64,000 bases of DNA from Escherichia coli (GCF_024223415.1 NZ_CP100500.1); one strand, 5' to 3'. Counted from the stretch's first letter, positions 11,273 through 21,683 are shown. A program made the numbers and translations. Notes: generated by a model not told the origin, from the sequence alone.

Positions 11273-11572
11273 ATGAAAGGAAATGATTACGATAAACTTC
11301 GTGCATTAATTGCGCAAAATGCCATAGCGCGAAATCTTGGTGTGACGCCGCAAGCGGTGAATCAGTGGTTTTCAAAAAACACAATTCCTGCTCGTTTCGT
11401 TTTACGCGTATGTGAAGTAGTTGCATGGAAGGTCACGCCACATGGCTTAAGGCCAGATCTTTATCCTCACCCTGAAGATGGAATTCCTGATTCGTTACGC
11501 AAAATTTCAAATCCAAGCTTAGCGCGCACGGAAGATGGGCAGAGTGATTCATCAGAAATGTCCACGCGATGA
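11273..11572 (+). CDS. cro: Cro-like HTH regulator
   Basis: 99 aa with HTH (IARNLGVTPQAVNQWF), first gene rightward of the operator region. Confidence 0.7.
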   Translation: MKGNDYDKLRALIAQNAIARNLGVTPQAVNQWFSKNTIPARFVLRVCEVVAWKVTPHGLRPDLYPHPEDGIPDSLRKISNPSLARTEDGQSDSSEMSTR

Positions 11573-11648
11573 ACGGTTACTGAACGAAAAAAGAAAAGCC
11601 GGGCCGCACTCCATCAGCCCGACTTATTCTGATTAGTAAGGGGATTTC

Positions 11649-12494
11649 ATGATGATCAATAAACAAAAATTAGTCAACCCTGAAAACCTGCCAGTTATTG
11701 CTGGTGTAGAAATTTCAACTGATATGGTTGGGCGCTTTAATCTGAATGCATTGCATCGAGCCAGCGGTCTTGGCCCCAATAAAGCTCCGACGCAGTGGTT
11801 GCGTACTCAGTCAGCTAAACAACTTATTGAAGAGCTGGAAAAAGAAACTATGCAGAATTGCATAGTTTCACTGGAAGGGCGGAATGGCGGTACTTTTGCG
11901 CACGAACTGCTTGCTGTTGAATATGCAGGATGGATTTCTCCTGCGTTCCGGTTGCAGGTGAACCAGACTTTTATTGACTATCGTACTGGCAAACTTACAG
12001 CGGGCAATAATCAGTTGCCCAATTTTGACGATCCGATCGCTGCTGCTGAAGCGTGGATTGAAGCCAAAAAATCCGAACGCCTTGCTCTCGGGTATGCAGA
12101 GCGTCAGGCTCGCTACATCAGCAAACTCGAAAGCCATCTCGCCGATGGCATCACTCCTGTGCAGTTCTGCAAACAGCTCAACGGTGTAAACACTCGTCAG
12201 ATTAATGCGTTCCTTGAAGAGCGTAACTGGCTGTATGACGACCGTCCGGAGGCTATGTATCCGCGCTGGCGTGTAAAAGCGTATGCACGTGACCAATACC
12301 TGACTGAGCGTTCTGGGCAGGTTGAGCAGGAAAACGGGGAAATGCGCGAGATTTTCAAACCACTCCTGAAGAAAAAAGGTGCCGCCTGGTTATATCGCCA
12401 TTATCTGAACGGCGAACTACCGATGAAGAAAACATGGGATGGGCTGTTTACCCATAACACTGAGCTCGCGAATCTTTTACAGGAGAGCAAATGA
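11649..12494 (+). CDS. KilA-N domain antirepressor-like protein
   Basis: 281 aa; N-terminal KilA-N-like and C-terminal antirepressor-like regions. Confidence 0.65.
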   Translation: MMINKQKLVNPENLPVIAGVEISTDMVGRFNLNALHRASGLGPNKAPTQWLRTQSAKQLIEELEKETMQNCIVSLEGRNGGTFAHELLAVEYAGWISPAFRLQVNQTFIDYRTGKLTAGNNQLPNFDDPIAAAEAWIEAKKSERLALGYAERQARYISKLESHLADGITPVQFCKQLNGVNTRQINAFLEERNWLYDDRPEAMYPRWRVKAYARDQYLTERSGQVEQENGEMREIFKPLLKKKGAAWLYRHYLNGELPMKKTWDGLFTHNTELANLLQESK

Positions 12495-12703
12495 TGCAAA
12501 CCAAGACATGTGTAACTGGTGATGTCGATCTGAAACCTTGCCCGTTCTGCGGAAATCCGGAAGTACAACTCATTGAGGTGAAATATTTTCTGGATGGCGA
12601 TGATGGTTATTACGTCGCATGTACTTGCTGTAACGCAAACCAGATTCCTGATTCGAAAGAACGTGCTGTTCATGACTGGAACCAGCGCGAAAACGCGGAT
12701 TGA
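12491..12703 (+). CDS. lar: Lar-family restriction alleviation protein
   Basis: 70 aa Cys-rich protein with CPFCG...C.CC motif. Confidence 0.7.
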   Translation: MMQTKTCVTGDVDLKPCPFCGNPEVQLIEVKYFLDGDDGYYVACTCCNANQIPDSKERAVHDWNQRENAD

Positions 12704-13380
12704 CGGCGAGTAGGTACAAAATGATCCGCAACCAACATATTGATTCTGCAATTTCGGGACGTTACACTGTTCCAGCACCTTATAAAGCGGGTGCCGGGAT
12801 TGGAACCCCGGAATTGCATACGGCGATATACGACGCGCCAGCGTCTTTTTTATCGTCCGCGCTCACGCACGCCAGAATTATGGTGGGCTGGGCAGGGGAG
12901 CCGAAAGGCTCGCCGGTTTCCGTATGCGCCGGTAGTTCCAACCCTGTCCAGTTCACCACCAGTGAGATTGGAACCTCCGGTGGTGGAAGTTATCCATTGC
13001 ATACGGAGGCTGCCATCATGGCTACAGTCCCAACTTCCCCATACCTGAAAATCGAAGTCGTCAACGGCAAGGCCGTTATTTTCTCCCTGCATGTTGCCTG
13101 CCATTTCAAGCGCATGCACCAGAACATCGTCGACAAAATCGAGTATCTGAACTGCTCGCGCGAATTTTTTACCCGCAATTTCATACCGGGTACTTATCAC
13201 ATCTATGGTGACTCCCTGCGTGGTTATTACATCACCCTTGATGGTCTGATGATGCTTCAGCTTGGGTTAAGTCTACGCACAATGCGGTACTACGAGAGCT
13301 GCATTGAAGCATTCCAGGAGGCAGGGAACAGCCTGAATCTTACCGCTTTCCGCCGTAATCAGTGGGAGGCGCGTCCATGA
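12700..13380 (+). CDS. hypothetical protein (start uncertain; possibly internal Met at ~13018)
   Basis: ORF 12700..13380; the first ~100 codons are low-complexity and may be non-coding. Confidence 0.35.
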   Translation: MTASRYKMIRNQHIDSAISGRYTVPAPYKAGAGIGTPELHTAIYDAPASFLSSALTHARIMVGWAGEPKGSPVSVCAGSSNPVQFTTSEIGTSGGGSYPLHTEAAIMATVPTSPYLKIEVVNGKAVIFSLHVACHFKRMHQNIVDKIEYLNCSREFFTRNFIPGTYHIYGDSLRGYYITLDGLMMLQLGLSLRTMRYYESCIEAFQEAGNSLNLTAFRRNQWEARP

Positions 13381-13571
13381 TTAGTTACGAAATTATTATT
13401 TCCACAACTGAATACAGAAACGATGTATCAGTTAGCACGGATGTATCTGTCTGGCACCGTCGCTATAAATCCAGAAAAACGGCAGAACTGAAAGCGGCAG
13501 AGATGTGTGAAACCATCTCAATGAAAGGTAGCCCGGTTAAATACGTAACTACGGCGGAGGTGCGTCCATGA
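13377..13571 (+). CDS. hypothetical small phage protein
   Basis: ORF 13362..13571, start taken at internal Met (MISYEII...) with ATGA overlap to upstream gene. Confidence 0.35.
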   Translation: MISYEIIISTTEYRNDVSVSTDVSVWHRRYKSRKTAELKAAEMCETISMKGSPVKYVTTAEVRP

Positions 13572-13792
13572 TCCGCCACATCGTTAATTTCCGGTATCAC
13601 CGATACAACCATTGCCCCCGTGTGGGGCAGTGGTTCACCACCAGCAACGGCCACGTTCTGCGGGTTTGCCTGGTCAATACAGAAAGCCAGAAGGTTGTCT
13701 GCCAGGTTCAGGGACGTACTCATACCCTGAGTTATCCACTGGCAGTGTTTCAGTCCGGAAAAATGTTTAAACGCCTGGGAGGTGCCGTGTGA
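13568..13792 (+). CDS. hypothetical small phage protein
   Basis: 74 aa, translationally coupled in the early-right operon. Confidence 0.4.
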   Translation: MIRHIVNFRYHRYNHCPRVGQWFTTSNGHVLRVCLVNTESQKVVCQVQGRTHTLSYPLAVFQSGKMFKRLGGAV

Positions 13793-14781
13793 GTCGTTAC
13801 GCACCTACACCGGAAGTTATGGCTATTGGTCAAATTAATATTTCCGGCAATGTCACCCCCGCGAACTGGTGGAAACATATTCGGCTACCCAGTGGTCGTC
13901 CGGATGCGACTGCTATCGCCTTGCTTTCAGAAATTGTTTACTGGTACCGCCCGACAGAACTCCGGGATGAGCATACCGGGGCTTTGCTGGGATATCGCAA
14001 GCGTTTTCAGGGTGACAAACTGCAAAGAAGCTATCAGGCGTTTGCTGAGCAATTTGGCTTCGGGAAAAGGGAAACCGCAGATGCGCTGAAGCGTCTTCGC
14101 GATGCAGGGTTTATTACTCTGGATTTACGCACCGTAGAAATGCTCGATGGTGTGAAATGCAGCAATATTTTGTTTGTCGGGATCAACCCACAGGCAGTTG
14201 CTGCCATTACCACACCTTCTTCTGTTTCGCCAGAAAGTAACAGCAATAACGCAATCAGCGACACAGCTATTACGTTAAAACGGAACACCCCCCAACGTCA
14301 TAACGGAACAGGGGATACGCCGAATGTTGATACAAATACAGAGATTACTACAGAGATTACAACGGAGACTAAAAACACTATTGGCGCATCCGCTGACGCG
14401 TCTGCACCAGCGCGTTCCGCCCGACAGGAATATTCACCGGAATTTGAACAGGTCTGGCAGGAATATCCCAAACGTGCTGGTGGCAATTCCAAGTCAGCAG
14501 CCTTCAAAGCCTGGAAAGCCCGTCTCAGGGAGGGAATAAAACCGGAGACCATGCTTGATGGTGTGAGACGTTATGCCGCCTGGGTACGTGCTACAGGAAA
14601 TACCGGCACACAGTTCGTGAAGCAGGCGTCGACGTTCTTTGGCCCCGATCGGCACTTTGACGAATCCTGGCAACAGCCAGCCGCTCCCGGAGGTGGGCGA
14701 CAGCGACAGGTCGATGTCCTGGCTGGCCTGGGAGCCATGTCTGACAAATTCGGTAAATCCAGTGACAAATTGACATTCTGA
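13789..14781 (+). CDS. replication initiation protein (replisome organizer, lambda O-like)
   Basis: 330 aa; N-terminal replisome-organizer-like region; internal TEITTEITTE encoded by direct nucleotide repeats (possible iterons). Confidence 0.7.
   Translation: MSRYAPTPEVMAIGQINISGNVTPANWWKHIRLPSGRPDATAIALLSEIVYWYRPTELRDEHTGALLGYRKRFQGDKLQRSYQAFAEQFGFGKRETADALKRLRDAGFITLDLRTVEMLDGVKCSNILFVGINPQAVAAITTPSSVSPESNSNNAISDTAITLKRNTPQRHNGTGDTPNVDTNTEITTEITTETKNTIGASADASAPARSARQEYSPEFEQVWQEYPKRAGGNSKSAAFKAWKARLREGIKPETMLDGVRRYAAWVRATGNTGTQFVKQASTFFGPDRHFDESWQQPAAPGGGRQRQVDVLAGLGAMSDKFGKSSDKLTF
14335..14380. repeat. iteron-like direct repeats inside the replication initiator gene (candidate ori)
   Basis: acagagattac repeated in tandem; lambdoid origins lie within the O gene; coordinates approximate. 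Confidence 0.35.
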
Positions 14782-14782
14782 G

Positions 14783-15670
14783 GTGACAGCGATGATGACA
14801 CTTAACCTGCGTGAACAACAAACAAGACTACAGGCGCGGATGGATGAGTTACGGGCAGAGATTGCATTTGCTCAGAATGGCGAAAAGCCATGGCCTTATC
14901 GATCCTGCTGGATGCGTGAAGGGCGCGGGTGTTGCGAAAAACATGGCGAATACCACACACATATTCTGGTGTGGAGCGATCGTAATGGCGAGGATAGAGA
15001 AAAAATTTCATGCTGCCCTGACTGCTTGATAGCTGAGGCCAACGATTTGACCATGGAGCTGTCGTCCCTCAAGGCGGAAGAACTGACTGATAACGCCGGA
15101 ATTGCTCTGCGTTTTCGGGACTGCGAGTTTGATAATTATCTGGAGGTTAATCCTGACGCAGCCAGAAATCTTGCGGCCTGTCGCCGCTATGCGGAGAACT
15201 GGCCAGATATGCTGGAGAACGGTACCAGTCTTGTTATGACCGGCAGTTGCGGTACCGGGAAAAATCATCTGGCGGTATCAATGGCAAAACACATCATCCG
15301 TAACTATCTGGCCAGTGTGGAGATCACCGACGTGATGCGCCTTACCCGTGCTGTGAAAAACTGCTGGCGGAATGACAGTGAAAAAACAGCGGATGACGTC
15401 ATTGAGCATTATGCGTCACTGGATTTGCTGATCATCGACGAAGTCGGCGTTCAGTTTGGCAGTGCGGCTAAAATGGCCATTTTGCAGGAAATTATCAATG
15501 CCCGGTATGAGGGTATTTTGCCAACTATCTTGATCAGCAACCTTTCACCGGAAGAATTGTGGGCGTTCATCAGTCCCCGGATTGCCGACAGGATCACCGA
15601 TGGCGGGCGCAACTGGTTGTCGTTTAACTGGCCCAGCTACCGTTCTCGTATCGGAGGTGTTGCCGCATGA
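14783..15670 (+). CDS. DnaC-like helicase loader (IstB-type AAA+ ATPase)
   Basis: 295 aa; Walker A GSCGTGKNHLA and Walker B LLIIDEVG. Confidence 0.85.
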   Translation: MTAMMTLNLREQQTRLQARMDELRAEIAFAQNGEKPWPYRSCWMREGRGCCEKHGEYHTHILVWSDRNGEDREKISCCPDCLIAEANDLTMELSSLKAEELTDNAGIALRFRDCEFDNYLEVNPDAARNLAACRRYAENWPDMLENGTSLVMTGSCGTGKNHLAVSMAKHIIRNYLASVEITDVMRLTRAVKNCWRNDSEKTADDVIEHYASLDLLIIDEVGVQFGSAAKMAILQEIINARYEGILPTILISNLSPEELWAFISPRIADRITDGGRNWLSFNWPSYRSRIGGVAA

Positions 15671-17067
15671 CCAGCCAGAACACCCCGGCATGGCGTAACG
15701 ATGACCTGGAAGGTGCGGTGATTGGCGCGTTTTTTCTGCGTGGGGCAGATCCGGAAGTGATGGATATTCTGGCCACGCTTCCGGCGGATGTATTTTTCGT
15801 GCGTCAGTACCGGGATATTTACGCGGGGATTTGCAGACAGGCCCGCGTATCCGGCGTCATTGACCCCGTGCTGCTGTGCAATGAGATGCCGGAACTTGCC
15901 CCGGTGATTACCGACACCGGGCGCAAAACCTGGGTGAAGTCTTCACTGGAACACTATGTTGCAGCGCTGCGGCGAAATGCCGTACTGCGCGATGCAGAAA
16001 AAACACTGACCGAAGCATTACAGAATTTACGGGATGCACATACCTGCGAAGCAGCCGAGGATGCCCTGAAGGATGCGCAGAACATGATGGCCTCACTGTC
16101 GACCGGAAAGGGCGTCATTCAGCCGGTTCACATTGATGATGTCCTTCCGGAAGTGGTGGGCCGTGTTGAATGCCGGAATCAGGGACTGGAGAAATCCAGA
16201 ACGCTGATGACCGGTATTGATGAACTGGACGCAAAAACAGGGGGTATGGAGCCAGGCGACCTGGTATTCATTGCGGCTCGTCCTTCGATGGGGAAAACCG
16301 AACTGGCGCTGGACATCATCGACAAGGTGACTGAGCAGGGGCATGGCGTGCTTCTGTTCACCATGGAGATGGCGAACATCCAGATTGGTGAACGTATGGT
16401 GTCTTCTGCCGGTGGAATGCCGGTATCCCGTCTTAAGTCTGCTGCCCGTTTTGAAGACGAAGACTGGGCACGTTTCTCACAGGGTGTGGGACGAATGACG
16501 GGGCGTAATATCTGGATGGTGGACCAGGCAAATCTGACCATTGATGAGATATGTGCAACCACGAGGTACCACCGGATGAAGCATCCGGAAACGGCGCTGG
16601 TGGTGGTTGATTACCTCGGTCTGATTAAAACCCGCAGCACGGGGCGTCACGACCTTGCTGTGGGGGAAATCTCAAAGGGACTTAAAAGTCTGGCAAAATC
16701 CGGCGGTTTCCCGCTGATTGCACTGAGTCAGCTCTCCCGTGGTGTGGAATCCAGACCCAATAAACGCCCCATGAACTCGGATCTGAAAAATTCCGGGGAA
16801 ATAGAGGCGGATGCCGACATCATTCTGATGCTTTACAGGGATGAGGTGTATAACCCGGATACACAGGCCAGAGGCATAGCAGAAATCAACATCACGAAAC
16901 AGCGTAATGGCACTCTCGGGACCATTTACCGGCGTTTTCATAACGGGCATTTTCTGCCTGTGGATCAGGAAAGCGCTCAGGTTCTTTCCACACCCATGAC
17001 GCCGGGCAATCCGCGCAGATACAGCAATAACCGCATGTCGGGCAGTAAAGCGGAGCGTTTATTTTGA
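15667..17067 (+). CDS. DnaB-family replicative DNA helicase
   Basis: 466 aa; RecA-like C-terminal domain with Walker A (ARPSMGKTE) and DnaB-like motifs. Confidence 0.88.
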   Translation: MTSQNTPAWRNDDLEGAVIGAFFLRGADPEVMDILATLPADVFFVRQYRDIYAGICRQARVSGVIDPVLLCNEMPELAPVITDTGRKTWVKSSLEHYVAALRRNAVLRDAEKTLTEALQNLRDAHTCEAAEDALKDAQNMMASLSTGKGVIQPVHIDDVLPEVVGRVECRNQGLEKSRTLMTGIDELDAKTGGMEPGDLVFIAARPSMGKTELALDIIDKVTEQGHGVLLFTMEMANIQIGERMVSSAGGMPVSRLKSAARFEDEDWARFSQGVGRMTGRNIWMVDQANLTIDEICATTRYHRMKHPETALVVVDYLGLIKTRSTGRHDLAVGEISKGLKSLAKSGGFPLIALSQLSRGVESRPNKRPMNSDLKNSGEIEADADIILMLYRDEVYNPDTQARGIAEINITKQRNGTLGTIYRRFHNGHFLPVDQESAQVLSTPMTPGNPRRYSNNRMSGSKAERLF

Positions 17068-17321
17068 ATAACAGAACAGCCACTGTTTCACCGGAACAAC
17101 TTCGTCGCCAGGCGCAGGAGATGCTTCGTTGTGCTGAACAGATGGAAAAAATGAGCGTGGCAAAGGATACGCTCCGCAAGCAGCTTACTCCGGCGCTTCG
17201 TGATCTGCTGCAGGCAAAACACCGCACACAAAAGGCGGTGGATGAGCTGGTGGATTGCGTGGCGGAACTGGAAGGCAAGGTAAGCCAGTTTGAAACTCTG
17301 GTGAAGGAGTTTACTGCGTGA
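17064..17321 (+). CDS. hypothetical protein (coiled-coil)
   Basis: 85 aa, coupled to the helicase gene. Confidence 0.4.
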   Translation: MNNRTATVSPEQLRRQAQEMLRCAEQMEKMSVAKDTLRKQLTPALRDLLQAKHRTQKAVDELVDCVAELEGKVSQFETLVKEFTA

Positions 17322-17366
17322 TGGCTGAATTTTTTCTCCTGTGTTCATGCAATATCGTTCGCTGAG

Positions 17367-18362
17367 GTGACCGTGAGAGCACTACTGACCCCTGAAATTG
17401 CCCCGCGTATGGGGATCGTATTGTTCAGGCCAGGTTCAGAGCTGATGCCCCTGTTTATGCAGGGGCGTGTCCTGCTGGAGCCTGAGCCGGAACGTTATTC
17501 ATCTTTCGCCAGTGGTGCCGTTCCGGCGGCATCACAACCGCTGGCGGATGATCCTGCCGTACGGGCCGTGTTCCGCAATGAGGCAGTAATCCGTCGTGCT
17601 GGTGGCGTGGAATGTCTTGAAAGCTGGTTACTTCGTGAAAAAGGCTGCCAGTGGCCTCATTCCGACTGGCACAGCGAGAACATGACCACAATGCGACACG
17701 CTCCGGGTGCAATCCGTCTGTGCTGGCACTGCGATAACCAGCTGTGCGATCAGTTCACGGAACGGCTGGAATCAATGGCAACGGATAACTGTGCTCGCTG
17801 GGTGTTGTCTGTCGTGCGTCGGGATCTCGGTTTTGATGATAGTCATGTTGTGACAATGCCGGAACTGTGCTGGTGGCTGGTTCGTAATGACCTGGCGGAT
17901 ACCTTACCGGAAAGTGCAGCCCGTAAGGCACTGAGATTACCGAATCCTGTTGTGCCGTCTGTCACCCGGGAGAGTGACCTTGTTCCTTCGGTTCCTGCCA
18001 CCAGCATTATCCAGGATAAAGCGAAAAAGGTGCTGGCGCTGAAAGTGGATCCGGAGTCGCCGGAGTCTTTTATGTTACGCCCAAAACGTCGCCGCTGGGT
18101 TAATGAAAAGTACACGCGCTGGGTTAAGACACAGCCGTGTGCATGTTGTGGAAAGCCTGCTGATGATCCCCACCACCTGATAGGTCACGGTCAGGGGGGA
18201 ATGGGTACAAAAGCGCATGACCTCTTTGTGTTGCCTTTGTGCAGAAAGCATCACGACGAGCTGCATGCGGATACCGTGGCATTTGAAGTGAAGTATGGCT
18301 CCCAGCTGGAGCTGATATTTCGTTTTATCGATCGTGCGCTGGCAACTGGTGTGCTGGCCTGA
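17367..18362 (+). CDS. DUF968-like protein with C-terminal HNH-type Cys/His motif
   Basis: 331 aa; C-terminus CACCGK...HHLIGHG...CRKHHDELH resembles an HNH nuclease finger. Confidence 0.55.
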   Translation: MTVRALLTPEIAPRMGIVLFRPGSELMPLFMQGRVLLEPEPERYSSFASGAVPAASQPLADDPAVRAVFRNEAVIRRAGGVECLESWLLREKGCQWPHSDWHSENMTTMRHAPGAIRLCWHCDNQLCDQFTERLESMATDNCARWVLSVVRRDLGFDDSHVVTMPELCWWLVRNDLADTLPESAARKALRLPNPVVPSVTRESDLVPSVPATSIIQDKAKKVLALKVDPESPESFMLRPKRRRWVNEKYTRWVKTQPCACCGKPADDPHHLIGHGQGGMGTKAHDLFVLPLCRKHHDELHADTVAFEVKYGSQLELIFRFIDRALATGVLA

Positions 18363-18364
18363 TT

Positions 18365-18802
18365 TTGTGGAGAAAGTTGATGCGTGATATTCAAATGGTT
18401 CTTGAACGTTGGGGGGCATGGGTCGCAAATAATCATGAAGACGTGGAATGGTCAGGCATTGCCGCCGGATTTAAGGGGCTGATACCGTCAAAAGTAAAAT
18501 CGCGATCGCAGTGTTCCGATGATGACGCGATGATTATATGTGGTTGTATGGCTCGCCTGAAAAAGAACAACGCCGATATGCATGACATGCTGGTTGATTA
18601 CTACGTATATGGGATGACGTTCATGAAGTTAGCAATGAAACATGGATGTTCGGATACGCATATTGGAAAGCGTTTGCAAAAAGCTGAAGGAGTGGTTGAT
18701 GGTATGTTGATGATGCTAGATGTTCGCCTTGAGATGGATCGATATGTGAGCACAAATTATTCGATACGTCGTAAAACTGCGTCCTCCAGGGCAGGGATAT
18801 AA
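18365..18802 (+). CDS. late gene antiterminator Q
   Basis: 145 aa; resembles the Q family of E. coli cryptic prophages ([14 protein letters not shown]...). Confidence 0.75.
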   Translation: MWRKLMRDIQMVLERWGAWVANNHEDVEWSGIAAGFKGLIPSKVKSRSQCSDDDAMIICGCMARLKKNNADMHDMLVDYYVYGMTFMKLAMKHGCSDTHIGKRLQKAEGVVDGMLMMLDVRLEMDRYVSTNYSIRRKTASSRAGI

Positions 18803-18805
18803 GGC

Positions 18806-18838
18806 GTACAAAATAAAAAATGGGCGCAAAGCGCCCAA
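18806..18838. terminator. hairpin with flanking A/T runs
   Basis: gggcgcaaagcgccc stem; on the minus strand it is followed by a T-run, downstream of the porin pseudogene; coordinates approximate. Confidence 0.45.
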
Positions 18839-18980
18839 GTATAAAAACCAAAAAGGTTAATAAATAACAGAAAGTTCGTTGGAAAAGTTAAGTACTGTCC
18901 AACGTTTTGCAGTGGCATGAGGGCACCACTTTATATGCCAGAAAAGTTCTCACTCCCCCGGCATATTCTTACAGAATAAA

Positions 18981-20087
18981 TCAGAACTGATAAACCAGAC
19001 CAACAGCGACAATATCGTCGGTTGATACTCCTGTTCTTTCAGTGAATTTATTTTTATCGAGCATATTGATTTTGTAATCTATGTATGTAGACATATTTTT
19101 GTTGAAGTAATAAGAAGCCCCTACTTCAACGAATTTTTCAATATATCCGTCATCATGTTTTTTACTAATATCAGTACTGGATGAAAGGTTTTTTGCTTTA
19201 GAGTGGGTATAAGCAAGAGACGGGCGTAATCCAAAGTCGAACTGGTATTGTGCCACAACAGTGAAATCTTCGGTTTTATTCGCCACTCCTGAAATATTAT
19301 CACCATACGATATTGCACGGGTATTATTTGTTTCACCATAACTGGCAGCCAGGTACAGATTATTTGCGTCATATTTTACCCCGGTGGCCCACTGTTCAGC
19401 TTTTTTCCCTTTACCAAGCTCAGCCTTTTTCTGATTTTTAGTACGATCAGCAGCGCCGTATGCTGCGACAAAACCAAATCCTTCATATTCATAGCTGACA
19501 GAGCCACCTACACCCTCTCCGTTTGAAGTATCTGGTTTATCCTTGCGTTCATTTTTTCCCAGATACTGAATTGCAAAGCTAAGCCCATCGACCAGTCCAA
19601 AAAAGTCAGTGTTGCGGTATGTGGCAACACCGCCTACACGACCAACGAAGAAGTTATCCTTTTGCGCTGCGGTAGGTCCAAACTCCGGGAAGACGTCAGT
19701 GTAGCTTAATGCGTCGTACACCACGCCGTAGTTACGACCATAATCAAGAGAGCCAGCATCTGCAAGCTTCAGACCAGCGTATGCCAGGCGAGTCTTGTTT
19801 CCAGTTTGAGCTCCATCCCCTTCAGGGTTGTTCCCCTGGAAATTATATTCCCACTGACCAAAACCAGTAATATAATTATTTATTTGGGTTTCACCTCTGA
19901 ATCCAAGGCGTGCGTAAGTCTGATCTCCGTTTTGGTCCTTATCAGAAGAAAAATAATGTAAACCAACTGCTTTACCGTATAAATCCACTTTGTTTGCATC
20001 TTTATTGTATATTTATGCTGCATTTGAAGACGTTGCCAGAAATACTGATGCTGCTACAGCAGAAAGTGCCACTGTTAAATTTTTCAT
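18981..20087 (-). pseudogene. OmpC/OmpF/NmpC-family porin gene interrupted by an in-frame TAA at codon 25
   Basis: Hand translation from the ATG at ~20087 gives signal peptide MKNLTVALSAVAASVFLATSSNAA, then TAA (20013..20015) where porins have Glu of AEIYNKD, then [15 protein letters not shown]... continuing as ORF 18981..19988. Confidence 0.75.
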
Positions 20088-20685
20088 TTTTTATCCTCTG
20101 GTGGGAGTTAATTGGACGACAAAATGCTATCAGGATGAAAATTTAATTTCTGTGTATAATGTATACAAGGAAAATTAAGGAGTCCGATTCTTTATATGTG
20201 ATCACTATCACAAAATAAGAAGTCATGCAAACTAATAAATAGATGGCTATCTTTCACTCAGAAAATTAAGATCAATCTTTTTTATTAGAAGTGCTAAATA
20301 TATTTAATTATTTGGGTTTATGAGTTATTTATATAACCTTAATAAAGACATTACTTTTGAAGAAAAATACGTGCATAGAAGAATGCATAATCTTTAATTG
20401 TATCTTGCCAAACGTCGCAACAATCCAGAGATTGTCTGTGGGGTGAATCATGCAGCATGCAGGGTATGAACAAACACTTTACGATCGTAAAAGTATGCAT
20501 ATCATGGTAAGAGTGGTTCCTACGCCACACAACTTAAACCCGCAGCCAGGCGGTTTTTTACATCGAAAATCTGCACCGGACATTAAGCTCTTTGGCGGAC
20601 CAGATAAGAGGTGCGCTTAGTTGGGTTTGTCGGGCTTTCTCTGAGATTTGCGGTATTAATCCCGTAACGTTATTATGCTGCTCGA

Positions 20686-20761
20686 GGCCCTTTAGCTCAG
20701 TGGTGAGAGCGAGCGACTCATAATCGCAAGGGCGCTGGTTCAAATTCAGCAAGGGCCACCA
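20686..20761 (+). tRNA. tRNA with CAU anticodon (Met, or Ile2 if lysidine-modified)
   Basis: Hand-folded cloverleaf: acceptor GGCCCTT/AAGGGCC, D-arm TAGCTCAGTGGTGAGAGC, anticodon loop CTCATAA, T-loop TTCAAAT, 3' CCA; coordinates approximate. Confidence 0.75.
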
Positions 20762-20762
20762 A

Positions 20763-20839
20763 CCGCTACTAGCTCATCAGGAAAGAGCGTCAACCCTTTA
20801 AGTTGAGTGCGCTAGGTTCGATTCCCCGCTGGCGGTCCA
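20763..20839 (+). tRNA. tRNA-like sequence, degenerate (possible tRNA or tRNA pseudogene)
   Basis: D-arm (GCTC...GAGC) and T-loop (GGTTCGATTCC) are tRNA-like and 3' ends in CCA, but T-stem has mismatches and anticodon loop CCTTTAA lacks U33. Confidence 0.35.
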
Positions 20840-20841
20840 GC

Positions 20842-20914
20842 GCCGACTTACCTCAGTCGGCAGAACAGTTTAGTTGTAACCATCAGGCCACCACTTCAAT
20901 TCCGGTAGTCGGCA
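20842..20914 (+). tRNA. tRNA-like sequence, degenerate
   Basis: 7-bp acceptor pairing GCCGACT/AGTCGGC and TTCAATT T-loop, but weak D and anticodon stems; no encoded CCA. Confidence 0.3.
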
Positions 20915-21254
20915 CTAAATTTCCAGGCTCGTGCTCACGGCCTGCTTCATATCCGCGCCAGGTCCGTCGCGATTAAACCACAGGGCTTTTCAGGAGGGGC
21001 CACAGAGAGCGTCACACTGACCATTCCCTGTGGCTTGTGCTGAGATCCGGTCAGTGAAATTGTGCAAAGGGAATCTTCGGGAGCTTTGGGCAGAATGTCA
21101 GTTATTGATGTTGACATCCTCCACACCCTGAAGGTCGGGGTTTTACGGCGCACTGGATAAAATACCTGAACAAACAGCCTCTTCGTGCGGCTTTTTTATA
21201 ACGAGATTCTGACTTGCTGCCGTCCGTAATGTCGGATGGCGGAGGTGAGGGACT

Positions 21255-21527
21255 ATGAGAATGGACGAACGATACAGTAACGCTGCATACGGCAGCGCAG
21301 GACTTGTTGCGTTCTTTGCCAGCCTGTCACTGCAGGATTGGGGATTTATTATCGGCGTGGCGTTCAGTATCATTCTTGGCGTTCTTACTTATCGCCTTAA
21401 CAAACGGGAGCAGGAAAAACGAACCCGCATATTGCTCGAAATTCTGGAACGAACTAATGCCGGTAATGTTCCGGCTACGGCACATGCTGTGGCTGAGATT
21501 GCGAAAAAGGCACCAAAAGAAATATGA
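21255..21527 (+). CDS. class II holin (pinholin-like) with MRM dual-start motif
   Basis: 90 aa; two hydrophobic helices (LVAFFASLSL..., FIIGVAFSIILGVLTY), charged C-terminus; Met1-Arg-Met3 resembles holin/antiholin dual starts. Confidence 0.6.
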   Translation: MRMDERYSNAAYGSAGLVAFFASLSLQDWGFIIGVAFSIILGVLTYRLNKREQEKRTRILLEILERTNAGNVPATAHAVAEIAKKAPKEI

Positions 21528-21683
21528 CGAATATCCCGGGAGTGAGGGGATAATATACCTTTTAACAAAATCCGGGAACATGAAACGCCCGGAACGTTTC
21601 ATGAGGCATGCCCCGTGGGGAGCAGGGCATAACTGTGCGGAATAGCTTTCATTGTGATATCAATAATCACGGTATTCAAAATA

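Noticed and set aside
20930-21255. Possible Shiga toxin (stxA/stxB) location between the tRNAs and the holin
   Set aside because: Only about 300 bp with no ORF of toxin-subunit size; the slot is empty in this prophage
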